Part shown: positions 1-10,926 of the stretch, in pieces | Position numbering within the stretch: position 1 is the first letter of the stretch | How the letters are laid out: each line of letters begins with the position of its first letter | Position numbers and translations under genes: made by a program | Notes under the pieces: model-generated | Seen by the model: only the letters and a program-made list of their open reading frames with translations | The model's database searches: none | What the model was told of the DNA's origin: nothing | Assembly: GCA_964255105.1 (NCBI GenBank) | Contig: CAXUWE010000006.1 | Span: forward strand, 1 to 37,577 | Length of the DNA stretch: 37,577 nt | Source: Porpidia crustulata | Taxonomy: Eukaryota | Reading direction: 5' to 3'

Positions 1-315
1 GGGTAGGGCGCTGGCCAACTAGAGGGTTTGGCTAAGTAGGGGGTAGATTACGTTAATGTTGTGAGCTATGTAGTATGTAAGCAGTGTAGGGCTGCTTTGG
101 ATTGACATCGTGTAAGCGTTGTGGTCTAAAGATTAGTCTTCACGATAGACCGAGAATTCATCGAGGTGGATTACATAGGTCATCATGGGGTCCCTTACTT
201 CAGACAGAAACCATCAAATATAGCCAAGGAGGTACGTTGGTGGCAATTGTTCATTGGTTTGAGCATGACGAAACTCGGTGGATTGATTTAGAATCTCATC
301 CATATTTTAAACCCG

Positions 316-1254
316 ATGCCGCCTGTCACCATGTCGGCGATTGTATCGCCAACGCTCCTTTCCTCGATCCGCTCGTGTCCACATCTTCCACACCACTCGT
401 GGTACTTTATAGCCGGGGTCACGTTGTCAGTACTCAATCGCCCGGATGAAATCCGAACTGTATTCAAACACGCTATCGAGAGAGGGGGCGGCAGTTCGGA
501 CACCGAACCAGAACACAATGAAAGATTGGAGATTGCGCGGAAAATGAGGGAGGCTTTGGTGAAATCAGCGCCCATTGGAGGATTACCTAAGGTATCTACG
601 ATGATGCGGAGATCGAAAGCGGCACGACGACAAGATCGAGGGTGAGAATCTGTTCGAACCGCAAAGACTGACGGGCCTACCCTTGCACTTAGGCCATCAA
701 TGCCCTGTTGGCGCTCAAAGGCGTGACGCCGCCGACACTTCTCGATGAGCCGCTCGCCTATTCTCCTACCGCCAGGCCAGTGGAGGTCTACGATATTCCG
801 TCCTCGACAATCCTGCACCGGGGTCAAACGTTTTTCGACAGGATCTATGGTAAAGTATCCAAGCGGGTCATGGGGCAGATGGATCGATCCGGCACTGAAG
901 ATTTGGGCATTACGGCTCGTTTGATGTACGGCTATATTCTCTCGAATACGAGTGTCCTGAGCGCTGCCGAGAGCAGCTACGTTCTACTGGCGGGACTCAT
1001 CCCACAAGATGTACGTGATGGCTTGCGCATGCATGTGCTGGATCTAGATTGTTATCTGAGCTGAAAGGTCACTGCAGGTTAACTTGCAATTGAAGGGTCA
1101 TCTCAAGGGTGCTCTCAATAATGGTGCCACGGTCGACGAGGTCAAGGCAGTGCGAGAGGTCGTTATACAGATATGCCAGGCTTCGGGGATGACAAGATTG
1201 GGCGAGAGCATCCCAGGCGGATGGGGTTGGCGAGGTGACGTTGCTCATTTATGA
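316..1254 (+). CDS. AhpD/carboxymuconolactone decarboxylase-like protein (Pxp2-like), probably peroxisomal; exons 316-591, 693-1010, 1078-1254
   Basis: Introns 592-692 (GTATCT..TAG) and 1011-1077 (GTACGT..CAG) join three ORFs in frame: REALVKSAPIGGLPK|AINAL..., HRGQTFFDRIYGK, GLIPQD|VNLQLKGHLKGALNNGATVDEV (CMD-like motif). The C-terminus is -AHL*. The start could also be the ATG at 331. Confidence 0.8.
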
Positions 1255-4200
1255 ACCGCCTCCACGAATTAGACTGCACCTTTGACGATCAACGGAACAA
1301 CTTCCATCAAGGACGGTGCAGTCGTGATATTGCGTGATTACTGGCAATGGACTGCAAGAACCCTAGTAAGTCTAAGGCAGGCGAGGCGAGTGATGATACA
1401 TTTGCGTTGGGGTCGATGTAAAGTTTCGATGCTCTGTCATCGGTTCAACCCATGTGTATACTATCCAAAAAGGGACCCCAATTCCAACTTGATAGGGAAT
1501 GTCCCAGATGACAGCAGTCATTGGACTTTGATGTTCTAGGACCAGCTAGTATCAATGCAGGGGGGGTGGATGGCCTGAGATCTTCTCCAGACTCAAAGCT
1601 CAGGGAAGACGGGCTTGAAGCTGTCAAAGCATATCGCAAATTGCCAGGAAGCGGTAGTGTGGCAGTAAAGCCCTGTGCCTGCAGGTCATTCGTAAGATGC
1701 ATAATCTTGGATCAGCTCGTGCTTCAAAACCCACAGCACGGGGGAAAGTTGCCGCAACGGTCGAGACGGATGCAAGATTACACATTGCTTCGACAGTCCT
1801 TTCGAGGCCTTGACGTTGGTGGGATAGGATGAACAGGACATTGCTGCCAAGATGGATGATTGGCTTCTCATGGCCAACTGCGGATACGAGGTGCAGCCCG
1901 TCCACACTGATGGCAGACCGGTAACTCCCAGCCCAGCCACAGGGCTCGACCATGTTTGTGTGAAGCTTGAACGTGGGTCAAACATGGCGTTCAAAGCGAT
2001 TACGTTAAGTTGCCCTTGACGTGATCCTCGACATGGTAGCATCTCCAAGGAATGCCATGATCTGAGTTTTTGATCTTCAATTCAGAACGCATCGTGATAG
2101 ATTGATAAGTATATGCTACCGATGATCCATTCACGTTCAATGATATATTTTGACAATGAAGTTGGATGTGCGGAGAAAAATTAGCCACGTTTTTGAGGGG
2201 ATATGTGCACTCTCCCTATGATAAGGCTGCGATTAGCCTATACCCGGGCCGGGACAAGCTCTCGCGTGTTGTAATTCCAAGGAAATGAGTCGGTTCGGCA
2301 CGCTGATATGGCGTCCAATCGAGTGGGTAGGGTAACGGCAATCTCCGAGGCGCTGATCTAGGGCAGGAGTGTCGAGGTATATTTGCGTACTCCCATATTT
2401 TCGTACGACTGCTACCACTCCTGGTGAAGCTGACGCTACAGTGACCAAATTCGGGCTATTCTCGCTCTTGTTGTTGCGTCGGCTGCTATGGCGAGGTTAC
2501 ATCGTGTTGTTTGGGACTTGGACAAGACTACCTTACAAGTTTTTATCGTAGGTAGGTGGAACCAGGATTAGTAATATTATAACCCACCTCACCACCTTAG
2601 TACACTATGGTAGGTATCACACGAGGCTGCGCATTGCAATATTGCATTATTGCTGTTGGCGCGTCCGCGAGACCAATATACAGGACACCTACTTGGTATC
2701 ACTCTTCAACTAATCACCAGCGAGAAGGGCAGTCCACCGTCGAAAGGTTGAAACGCATTATGTAGATACGTGCCACTTCCTGACAGCCCTACGTGTCAAG
2801 TCAACGGGTGCGGAGACACTTTGGACCCAGTAGAGGGGTCGAGGGTTCACTCGGTTGGAGCGATCGACACGGGAACAGGAGCGCCGAACACGTGGATCTA
2901 CCGTAAGGGTACGCTTTGGAGTATGTCAGGCAAATGATTGGGCACAGCGTCCTGCCAGCCAGCACATCATCATTTCCCACGCGAGTAGTATCAATCTGGA
3001 GATCCGAATGTGGGAAGTCAAGTCCGATAGGAAGATGTACCCTGTTGACTGTGGTCCACAAGGCGTGGGCGAGAAGTGTGCAACACTAGTCGGAACCCAG
3101 TACCGCGAAATGGCTGGTGGCCTGATCGATCAACGAGCGATCATTTCGAATTTCGATAAGCCAGGGAATGAACAACTTCAAATTTAATGATCCGGAATAT
3201 CGCGACTTTGCGATCATCTCAACAGGCTCAGCAGGCTCAACAGGATGAAATAAGGTGGCGGTAGACTTTAATGATATTCTTAATCGGGAGTAGTTATAGA
3301 TTTTGATCAAATCCTCTGTAGGAAATCCTAAACTTCTAGATGCTCATCTTACCGCGTGACTAGCGCTGCAGAGCGAGGATGTTTCAACTTTCGATCATGG
3401 ATCATCTGGACTGAAGTGCTGACTGCAATTGCGCATTGCGTTGACATATGAAATCAGCATGCAGTAGCGAATAGCTATCGCATTCCACCAGCAGTGCCGA
3501 TAGAGAAAGTCTCTACGATTCTCTTAACTTCCTTCCTGGTTCCTAATCGGTAATTTCGCACGCTTTTAAAAAGTCTACATGGGGCTGGGAAGTGTATGAG
3601 TCTACGTGAACGTAGATATGCAACACCTTACTGCCAAAGATGAGACGCCTGTCCAGCGGTGATCCATTTGTTCAGAAAGAGATATCGCTATTGCCAGGTG
3701 ACACCGCCCCCAAATATTTGGTTCCTGGGGTTGGGAAGAATCCGAGAGCATGGTTCGATCCGGATTGAGTCAGGGGATCCTTGTGCAGGAACACGTGGAA
3801 GAGTGCATGGATTAATCTATCCCTCCCTCTAGATAGGTACCAGGTACTTGGATACTAACTGGTCGGCGCTTCCATAATCCATTACGATCGGCATAATTGT
3901 TCATCGTAAATCGTTGCCATGTTCGCTCCCTTCCAGTGTTTCGACTTCCCAGTGGGCAGGTGGTACCAGGTGCAGGGTATTTTGTATAGTTCAAGGACGA
4001 CTGCTGGACTGCTGCCACCAGAGTCAATGAACCACCCCATTTTCGCAACAAGGCTCTCTTGCAAGACCGGTCTCTCTGTGGACTTGGAGAGATCTCGGCG
4101 GTGGTGGGGAAGGCTTAGACAGAGAAACTGGCGTTGCGCTTTTTCTCGTGTTAGAATGCAACTTTTGACGGTGGACATGGCAACTTGACCAAGCTGCGTG

Positions 4201-5046
4201 ATGGCGCTAGTGGTGAGGATTCCCGAAATAGTGGCATCTTTGCAGATTTCCCCTGTTCATGCAGTGTGAGTAACTCAGCCTTGCATGCCCATGTCACGAT
4301 ATCTTGGCGCTCGCGCACTGATTCGATTGCCTAAGAAAGACCATCTAACCGGAACCGGACCCAAGAAGCGGATTTCGGCTCGAAGAGGAAAGGCCTTGAT
4401 CAAGGCTGCCTCACGCAAGGCTTACTGGGCTCTCACTGCTTCACTGCTTCACCGCTTCAAACTATTATCGTCATTACTTCACCGAGACCCTTGACTTCTT
4501 CGTGCCTTGGGACATAGCCAACGACTAAGTTACTGCAGCAGACACGCCAACTGCCACCAATCAACGCCGAAGCAAGTCATTGACAGTCAACGATGCGATC
4601 CATCGTCGATGATGGATAGCATCGTTGACCATGGCATGACTCAAAGGGGGATTCAAATAGCCTTTCCCTCTTGCTCGTCCGGTTACTGCTCTGCGACTCT
4701 AGACAGGGCAATTTAGCTGCACACTACGATAGGGCCAACCGAGAACGTGCAGGGATGTATCGATGAGTCCCTGGCGCGTCGGCATATCCTCCTTGTCCTT
4801 CGCTACTTAGTAGTAGGATCATTAGTACTAAATATGAGGATTATTACGCTCACTGCATATCAGCTTGGGCGGTCACTGGACGGAAATGCTTCCATTTCCG
4901 GGAACCTGACTCCCTGTCAATGCATAGGGCCGAGCTTGTATGCACGTCCCCACTCCTTAAGCGAAAAAGTCAACCTAACCGCATTATTACCACTATGCTG
5001 GCTTCCCGATGAGAGAGGTGGGCTGCGCAAAATCTAAGCACAAGGA

Positions 5047-5087
5047 ATAATGCGGATAATAATAATAGTAAATAATAAGGATAATAA
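5047..5087 (+). repeat. Imperfect (AAT)n microsatellite upstream of the C2H2 factor
   Basis: aataatgcggataataataatagtaaataataaggataataa. Confidence 0.5.
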
Positions 5088-5500
5088 CGCAAAATGCTCT
5101 TCAATCAAGGCCCTATATCTCCCCCTCGAGGACAAGACATGCTGGATGGCCTGTTTTCACGGAGCTAATCATCACTTAATCTTCTGCTACAACTACAACT
5201 ACTGCTTCGACTACTAATTCCCCTTCCCCATCCCACTTTTCGCACCTCACATATACCCGAATGCTGCCCTCCTCTACTTTACAACTTCCTCAAACATTCT
5301 TCCAACGTTAATACCCGTCTACCAGCCAACCTTAATCGTCCTTCCTCTCTTGCCTTGGAAAGCTGATGATCTGATTGCCTCGATTTACTATCAACACTTC
5401 TGTCCCTTCTTGACGGTTCAGCGACCCGGCCACACTATTTGCTCCATTGCAGGCAGAGAAAGATCGCTGGCCCTTCTACGGAGATCTTCTCATACCTGAG

Positions 5501-5559
5501 GTACCCAAATTGCTGGATCAATAGTCTTACTGTCTAGACACTGACTCGTCCATAAGCAG
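5501..5559 (+). other. Probable 5'-UTR intron of the C2H2 transcription factor gene
   Basis: GAG|GTACCC donor at 5501, CTGAC branch near 5541 and AAGCAG acceptor ending 5559, about 60 nt before the ATG at 5621. Confidence 0.5.
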
Positions 5560-5620
5560 AACGAGATATAACGCTGAAGCCCAACCATTGCCCCAAGCCC
5601 CCGTACCACGGCCCACGGGC

Positions 5621-8354
5621 ATGGCCTTAGTCCACGACAGCTTCAGTGACTTTGTACTATTTCCACGAAACCCATCCTCCTACCTGGATATGCTGGATGG
5701 GAGAGGTGAGAGCGGTTACGACGGGCTACACTCCAACGGCCCAACAACCTCCAATATGCATCAACATTTTTCAGATCTGGCAGCCACTACCTATGATCCT
5801 TACCCACCCGGCTTGGCTTACTCGTCCGAATCTCCGCCCTATTACAGTGCCCCTCAATTTGCTCTCGACGCACCTAAAGTAGACGCGAAGCAGCCAGCAA
5901 GGCGTTGGACTCCATCAGGATCGCCCTCGCCATCTGTATCCCAGTCGTACGATCACCCACCTTCAGCAGTATCATCGGTCTCAGGGGCATCTGGACACAG
6001 CACGGCATCTTCTGTCGTAGGGTCGCCTTATTCTCATCCCACCCAAAGTCTACCAGGCCTGGAACCTTGGGCCGACTCTCACCTAGGTTTGGGCATCGCA
6101 GCAGGAGCATTTCATGGTGATCGCTTTGGGCATGACATCTTCCCAAGCACGAACATTGACAATGATCTCATATTCGAAGACGGCAAATACCCCAGCAGCT
6201 TTGTTGGTAAGTCCGGGAACATTTCTCCATCATCAATTTCCACTAGTCACGTCAAATTTTCTGCAATTTCTTCGCCAAAATTTGTCTTTGCTTTCCGCGC
6301 TCCGCAATTAGCTCTCGACACTTCCATCGCCGCTCGTGAAGATACCATAGACACCATATTGGAACAAGTCAACAGCAGCCTCGATGCCACTTCCCAGCAG
6401 GCCTCTCCAGCTTCAGCAATATCGAAGGCCTCTCCTATCGCTTTTCGAACGACGTATCCAACCGATTCTACTCAACATGCAGCAGGCTCGTTCAAGCCAC
6501 CCACCACACCAGCTTCAGCCATGTCTTCCTTTGCTCCGAGTGGTTTTTCTCCTCCAGCTTCCCGTCAGCCTAATACTCGTAGATACTCAACGACTACCTA
6601 TAGTGAAATGAATGTGCCGAGAAGCCCACCAGCGTTCTCGAATCGATTTCACCCGTACGGCCGGTCGACGCCGCCTCTCCTTTCTCAGAATCAATTTCAT
6701 AATAGTCCTTCACAGCCTCCCTTCTTTAGTCAAAGCAGTGGCAGATATATTGCTCCACTCGAGTCATCTTGTCGGTTTTCCTGGAATCATCTCCTTTCCA
6801 TTTCATTTCTCAACACTCATACTTTCCTTCCTCCGATTATTGTTATTAGGAATTTAGCACAACCGAAACTAATGTGTTGGTGCCACAGATCCGTCCCTCA
6901 TTCAGCCCTTTGACGTACCTCTAGCGCACAATGGCTCTGCGGCACCCTACGTGGGGCCAATCCATGCCTTCCAACTCCCTTCGCAGACCTTCCAACCTCC
7001 TTCACCAGCGTCATCAGATGCGTCGAGTCAAGACTCGCACCGACCGGTGACTACCCGAATCAGGCATGGCACAACGTCTCCTTATCTACGGACAACATCC
7101 TACCAACCATACCCACAGGGATCGGAAGCCCGCAGACTCTCCATCGCTTCGAGTTTCTCACGTACTTCGCAGGACAGCCCACGATCGACTAGTATTGGAT
7201 TTGACGAAGACGGAAGGGAACGGGGTCGATGTCCAAATATCGACTGCGGCCGACTTTTCAAGGACCTCAAGGCTCATATGCTTACACATCAATCGGAACG
7301 GCCCGAGAAATGTCCGATTGTGACCTGTGAGTATCACCATAAAGGATTTGCTCGCAAGTACGACAAGAACCGACACACCCTAACCCACTACAAAGGTACT
7401 ATGGTGTGCGGCTTTTGCCCTGGGTCAGGCTCGGCTGCCGAAAAGAGTTTCAATCGTGCAGACGTCTTCAAGCGTCATCTAACATCGGTGCACGGGGTAG
7501 AGCAAACCCCCCCTAACGCCCGCAAGAAGAGTCCAACTGCCGCCTCTGCGAAACAGGTCTTAAACAGCTCTGCCGACGTCGCCGGCAGATGCTCGACTTG
7601 CTCGGCTATGTTCAACAATGCGCAAGAATTCTACGAGCACTTGGACGACTGTGTCCTCCGTGTCGTCCAGCAAGAAGAGCCTAGCGAAGCTATCAATGAG
7701 CAACATTTAGCTGGCGTAGCCAACGACCTAGCAGTTCGGCAGACCTTGGAGCGTCACATGCTTCCCGTAGACCCCGACTACGCTTCTCAAGACGTCCTAA
7801 CTTTTGGTGAGGATGAAGTTGTCTGCGAAGTCAATGATGAAGGCTCCGGAGCGTTGGCTTCCTCCAAGGCCAGCACACGTTCTGGTAAAGGCTCTGCGAA
7901 GACCTCAATACGCAATGGATGTTGACAATCAGTACATCCCCGAGGTGTCGCTTCGCACATTGGGGGTGGCGCTTCCATCACAAAACTCAACCGCACGGCA
8001 GTGGCTTCCAAAGGTCGTGGTATGACTCTCTCTAAAGGAGGCGTACCTCTACTTGGTAAGGGCCGGAAGAAGAGAAAGCATTACCCGACAGCATGGGGAT
8101 GCTCCACAGAAAAGATGAAGATGAAGAAACGAGTCTTGTGTGTCTATGACGGGTCACGCCGTCTTCTGAAGGATGACATGATGCTTAACAGCGAGTTTGA
8201 AGTCCGATTGCGCCTTGGAAATGGTACGTCCTACGTCACAGATTTGGACGTCGAGACTGTCAAGCGAGCGGAAGCCTTTCACGACGCGACTGAGGAAGAG
8301 AAAGGCCCTTGGATTCAAGGAGATGATGTGGACATCGGGGAATTGATGTCATAA
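5621..8354 (+). CDS. C2H2 zinc-finger transcription factor; exon 1 5621-6770 (or 5621-6206), exon 2 from 6889; in-frame TGA at 7923-7925 followed by open frame to TAA at 8354
   Basis: N-terminal SDFVLFP and an S/P-rich region; zinc fingers CPNIDC..HMLTH, CPIVTC..HTLTH, CGFC..HLTSVH and CSTC..HLDDC. Acceptor CTAAT..CACAG at 6888 joins in phase 1. The C-terminal block KGRKKRKHYP...KKRVLCVYDGSRRLLKDDMML...YVTDLDVETVKRAE is in the same frame as the fingers. Confidence 0.85.
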
Positions 8355-8738
8355 AGGCCTAACAATGATGTGCTTGTACTTATATTAATACTGTATCTCG
8401 CTTAGCATGGGCGGAGCTTTGACTTCTTTGAGCGCATCGTTCTGGACTTGGATTGGATCTTGATGACCTCATGGCCGTCACGAAGGATACGGGATTTGAA
8501 TCCTGAATGCAGGTATCGAAATGCCTTTGGTGTGATCACAGGGTTGGCTGTGTTGCAGCTCACGGTTCACTTTATTGAAATCGGGGATAATTCCTGGTAG
8601 AGGTGCTGGTCACTAGCCAGCGGTCATTCTTCTAGATAGTCGAACAAAGAACACCCAAAGTAGTGGACATTGGCCGTCTGCCTCTTAGTGATTTAACACA
8701 TTGACACTTCCAAGCATCCGCGCATCGAGCCTTCAATA

Positions 8739-8790
8739 TTCGCGTCAAGCTCGCGTCAAATTCGTGTCAAGCGTACGCGGAGAGTCGCGT
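8739..8790 (+). promoter_or_regulatory. Cluster of CGCG-core (MCB/SCB-like) elements in the PRI2 promoter
   Basis: TTCGCGTCAAG, CTCGCGTCAAA and TTCGTGTCAAG in tandem, then ACGCGG and TCGCGT, 65-115 nt upstream of a replication gene. Confidence 0.6.
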
Positions 8791-8853
8791 TAGCAATGCC
8801 TCAACAGCTCACTGTTTGGACGTCTCATATGACAACTGCCAGAGTGGTGTAAA

Positions 8854-10477
8854 ATGATCCGGCAAGGACGCAACCGTATTGATCCCAAGCGGAGAAGTAC
8901 TGTCGACTACAAGAAGAAGCAATTCGCGGCACCACTATATAAGCAGCAAGAGTATCCTCATCGCTTGAATTCCTACGAAACTCCACCAACCGCGGAGATT
9001 ACGTTGGAGCAATTCGAAGGATGGGCGATCGATCGACTGAGAAGTACTGCTCAATATATAATAGACCTTTGTGCTCCTGTATTGATGCTCGATAGTTCTC
9101 GCCGAGATCGAAGCATGCTCCTTTCGAAACAAGTCACCAGCCGAGACCACGGCGCACATGCTACCTCTTCTGCAGAAATGGCTTCCTCTCTCCTCGAATA
9201 CCTCGTCCACTGCTGGTTATAGTGAAGAGAGGCTCAAATTAGAGCGACAGAAAGACCACTATTCGCATTTCATACTTCGCCTTGCTTTCTCCTCGACTGA
9301 AGATTTACGACGACGCTTTGCGCGCATCGAAGCTACTCTATTCAAGCTTCGCTTCCAAAATGACGATGCTCGAGAACGGCAAGCCTTCGTGGAGTCTTTG
9401 CATCTGGACTGGGAGGTTGCGTCCGACGAGGAAAAGCAGAGGCTGGCGGTGGGCCTTCTCAACGCAACACCCGGATTGAAGCGGCACGAGGTGGACGAAG
9501 GCGGTTGGTTTAAAGTGAACTTCGAGACTGTCCCCGAGCTCGTCGAAAGTCGCAGGGTATTCCTGAAAGCTGGCATGGCCTATGTGCCAGCAAAAGAGCA
9601 GATGAGTATGGTACTTGCTGGCTTCAGCGCAAAACTCGACCAAGGTTTAGAGGTACGTAAACGCACTAACATGATCGAAGTTGAAAGGAGTGCGCTAAGC
9701 TCGACCTTGATACAGCTTACCGCTCGGGCCCTACCTCGTCTTGACGAAGACGATCGCCTCACCCCTATTCTTAACCACCTCTCGAAAAACTTTTCGACTC
9801 CCGATTCCACGATCTCAGATTCAGACACTGCACTGCCTGGCGCGCCCATAAATGCCACTTCCATCGATCCTTTATCACAACACTTTCCACTCTGCATGCG
9901 GAATCTACACCTAACGCTGCGGAAAAATAGCCATCTCAAGCATTTCGGTCGGCTCCAGTACACTCTCTTCCTCAAAGGAATTGGCCTGTCCATGGAGGAC
10001 TGTTTAATATTTTGGCGCCAGTCTCTCAAATTCAAGACCGATGACGAGTTCAACAAAGACTACAGATATAATATTCGCCATAATTATGGCGACGTTGGTG
10101 GCGATGCTACTAGACGGGGCCGAGGCTATTCCCCATTCTCGTGCCAGAAGATCTTGACCGAACATCCCCCAGGGAACGGAGAGAGTCACGGCTGCCCATA
10201 CCGCCATTTCAGCGTCGATAATCTCACATCGATATTGCAACAGACAGGTGTCAATGATCGAGACGTATTGCGAGGTATTAAGGAAGATGTAGAGAAAAAG
10301 AGATACCATATCGCGTGCAACCGAGTCTTCGAGTGGGCGCACAAGGGTGTTATTCGCAGGGTGAAGGAAGATGGGTCATGGGGAGTTGCCGACCTGGATA
10401 CTATCGTTCACCCGAACACGTACTTCAGAAGGAGCTATCTCTTGACACAGAAGTCGAGGGACGGGCAGTCACAATGA
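8854..10477 (+). CDS. PRI2: DNA primase large subunit; exons 8854-9043, 9096-9652, 9716-10477
   Basis: YETPPTAEITLEQFEGWAIDRLR|ILAEIE, KDHYSHFILRLAF, HLKHFGRLQYTLFLKGIGL, and the Fe-S cluster cysteines in PLCM, SCQKI, HGCPY and IACNR. Introns 9044-9095 and 9653-9715. Confidence 0.96.
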
Positions 10478-10926
10478 CGAGATGGAATTGTAGCGATAAT
10501 GATCACCGTAGGCTTGAGGTCTAGTTCAAGTGGGTTATGCGACAGGCGTCAAGGAGAAGTCAGTCTTGGAGATGCTATTGTAGGCAGCGCAGTGGATATG
10601 CAAAATGTCGCAGGTCCACAGATGTAATATATTAATTGCTGAATATCGATGAATGCCATATACTCCACCAAAGTTCCAGATCAATGTGTGAATCTACGGC
10701 GCCACAGCAACAATCCCGAATGCTTCCCAAATCTGGGGCTCATCAACTCCCAAGGATTTACAGTCTTTCTTTGATAGCTTATGATACCGGGTGGCAGGAT
10801 CTTGCCATCTAAAATACAGTCTTCATGATATCAAGGGGGTTGTAGGTATCACCGAACATGAGAAAATGCAGATAATTGCACGGGTCCTACACGGTGATTG
10901 GTTGGTTTCTTGATCTTGGGAGCAAA

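Noticed and set aside
10876..10926. TTG-initiated extension of the lipase ORF (and the other TTG/GTG starts in the ORF track)
   Set aside because: Artefact of bacterial-style start calling; an ATG in good context (AAAATG) is at 10927.
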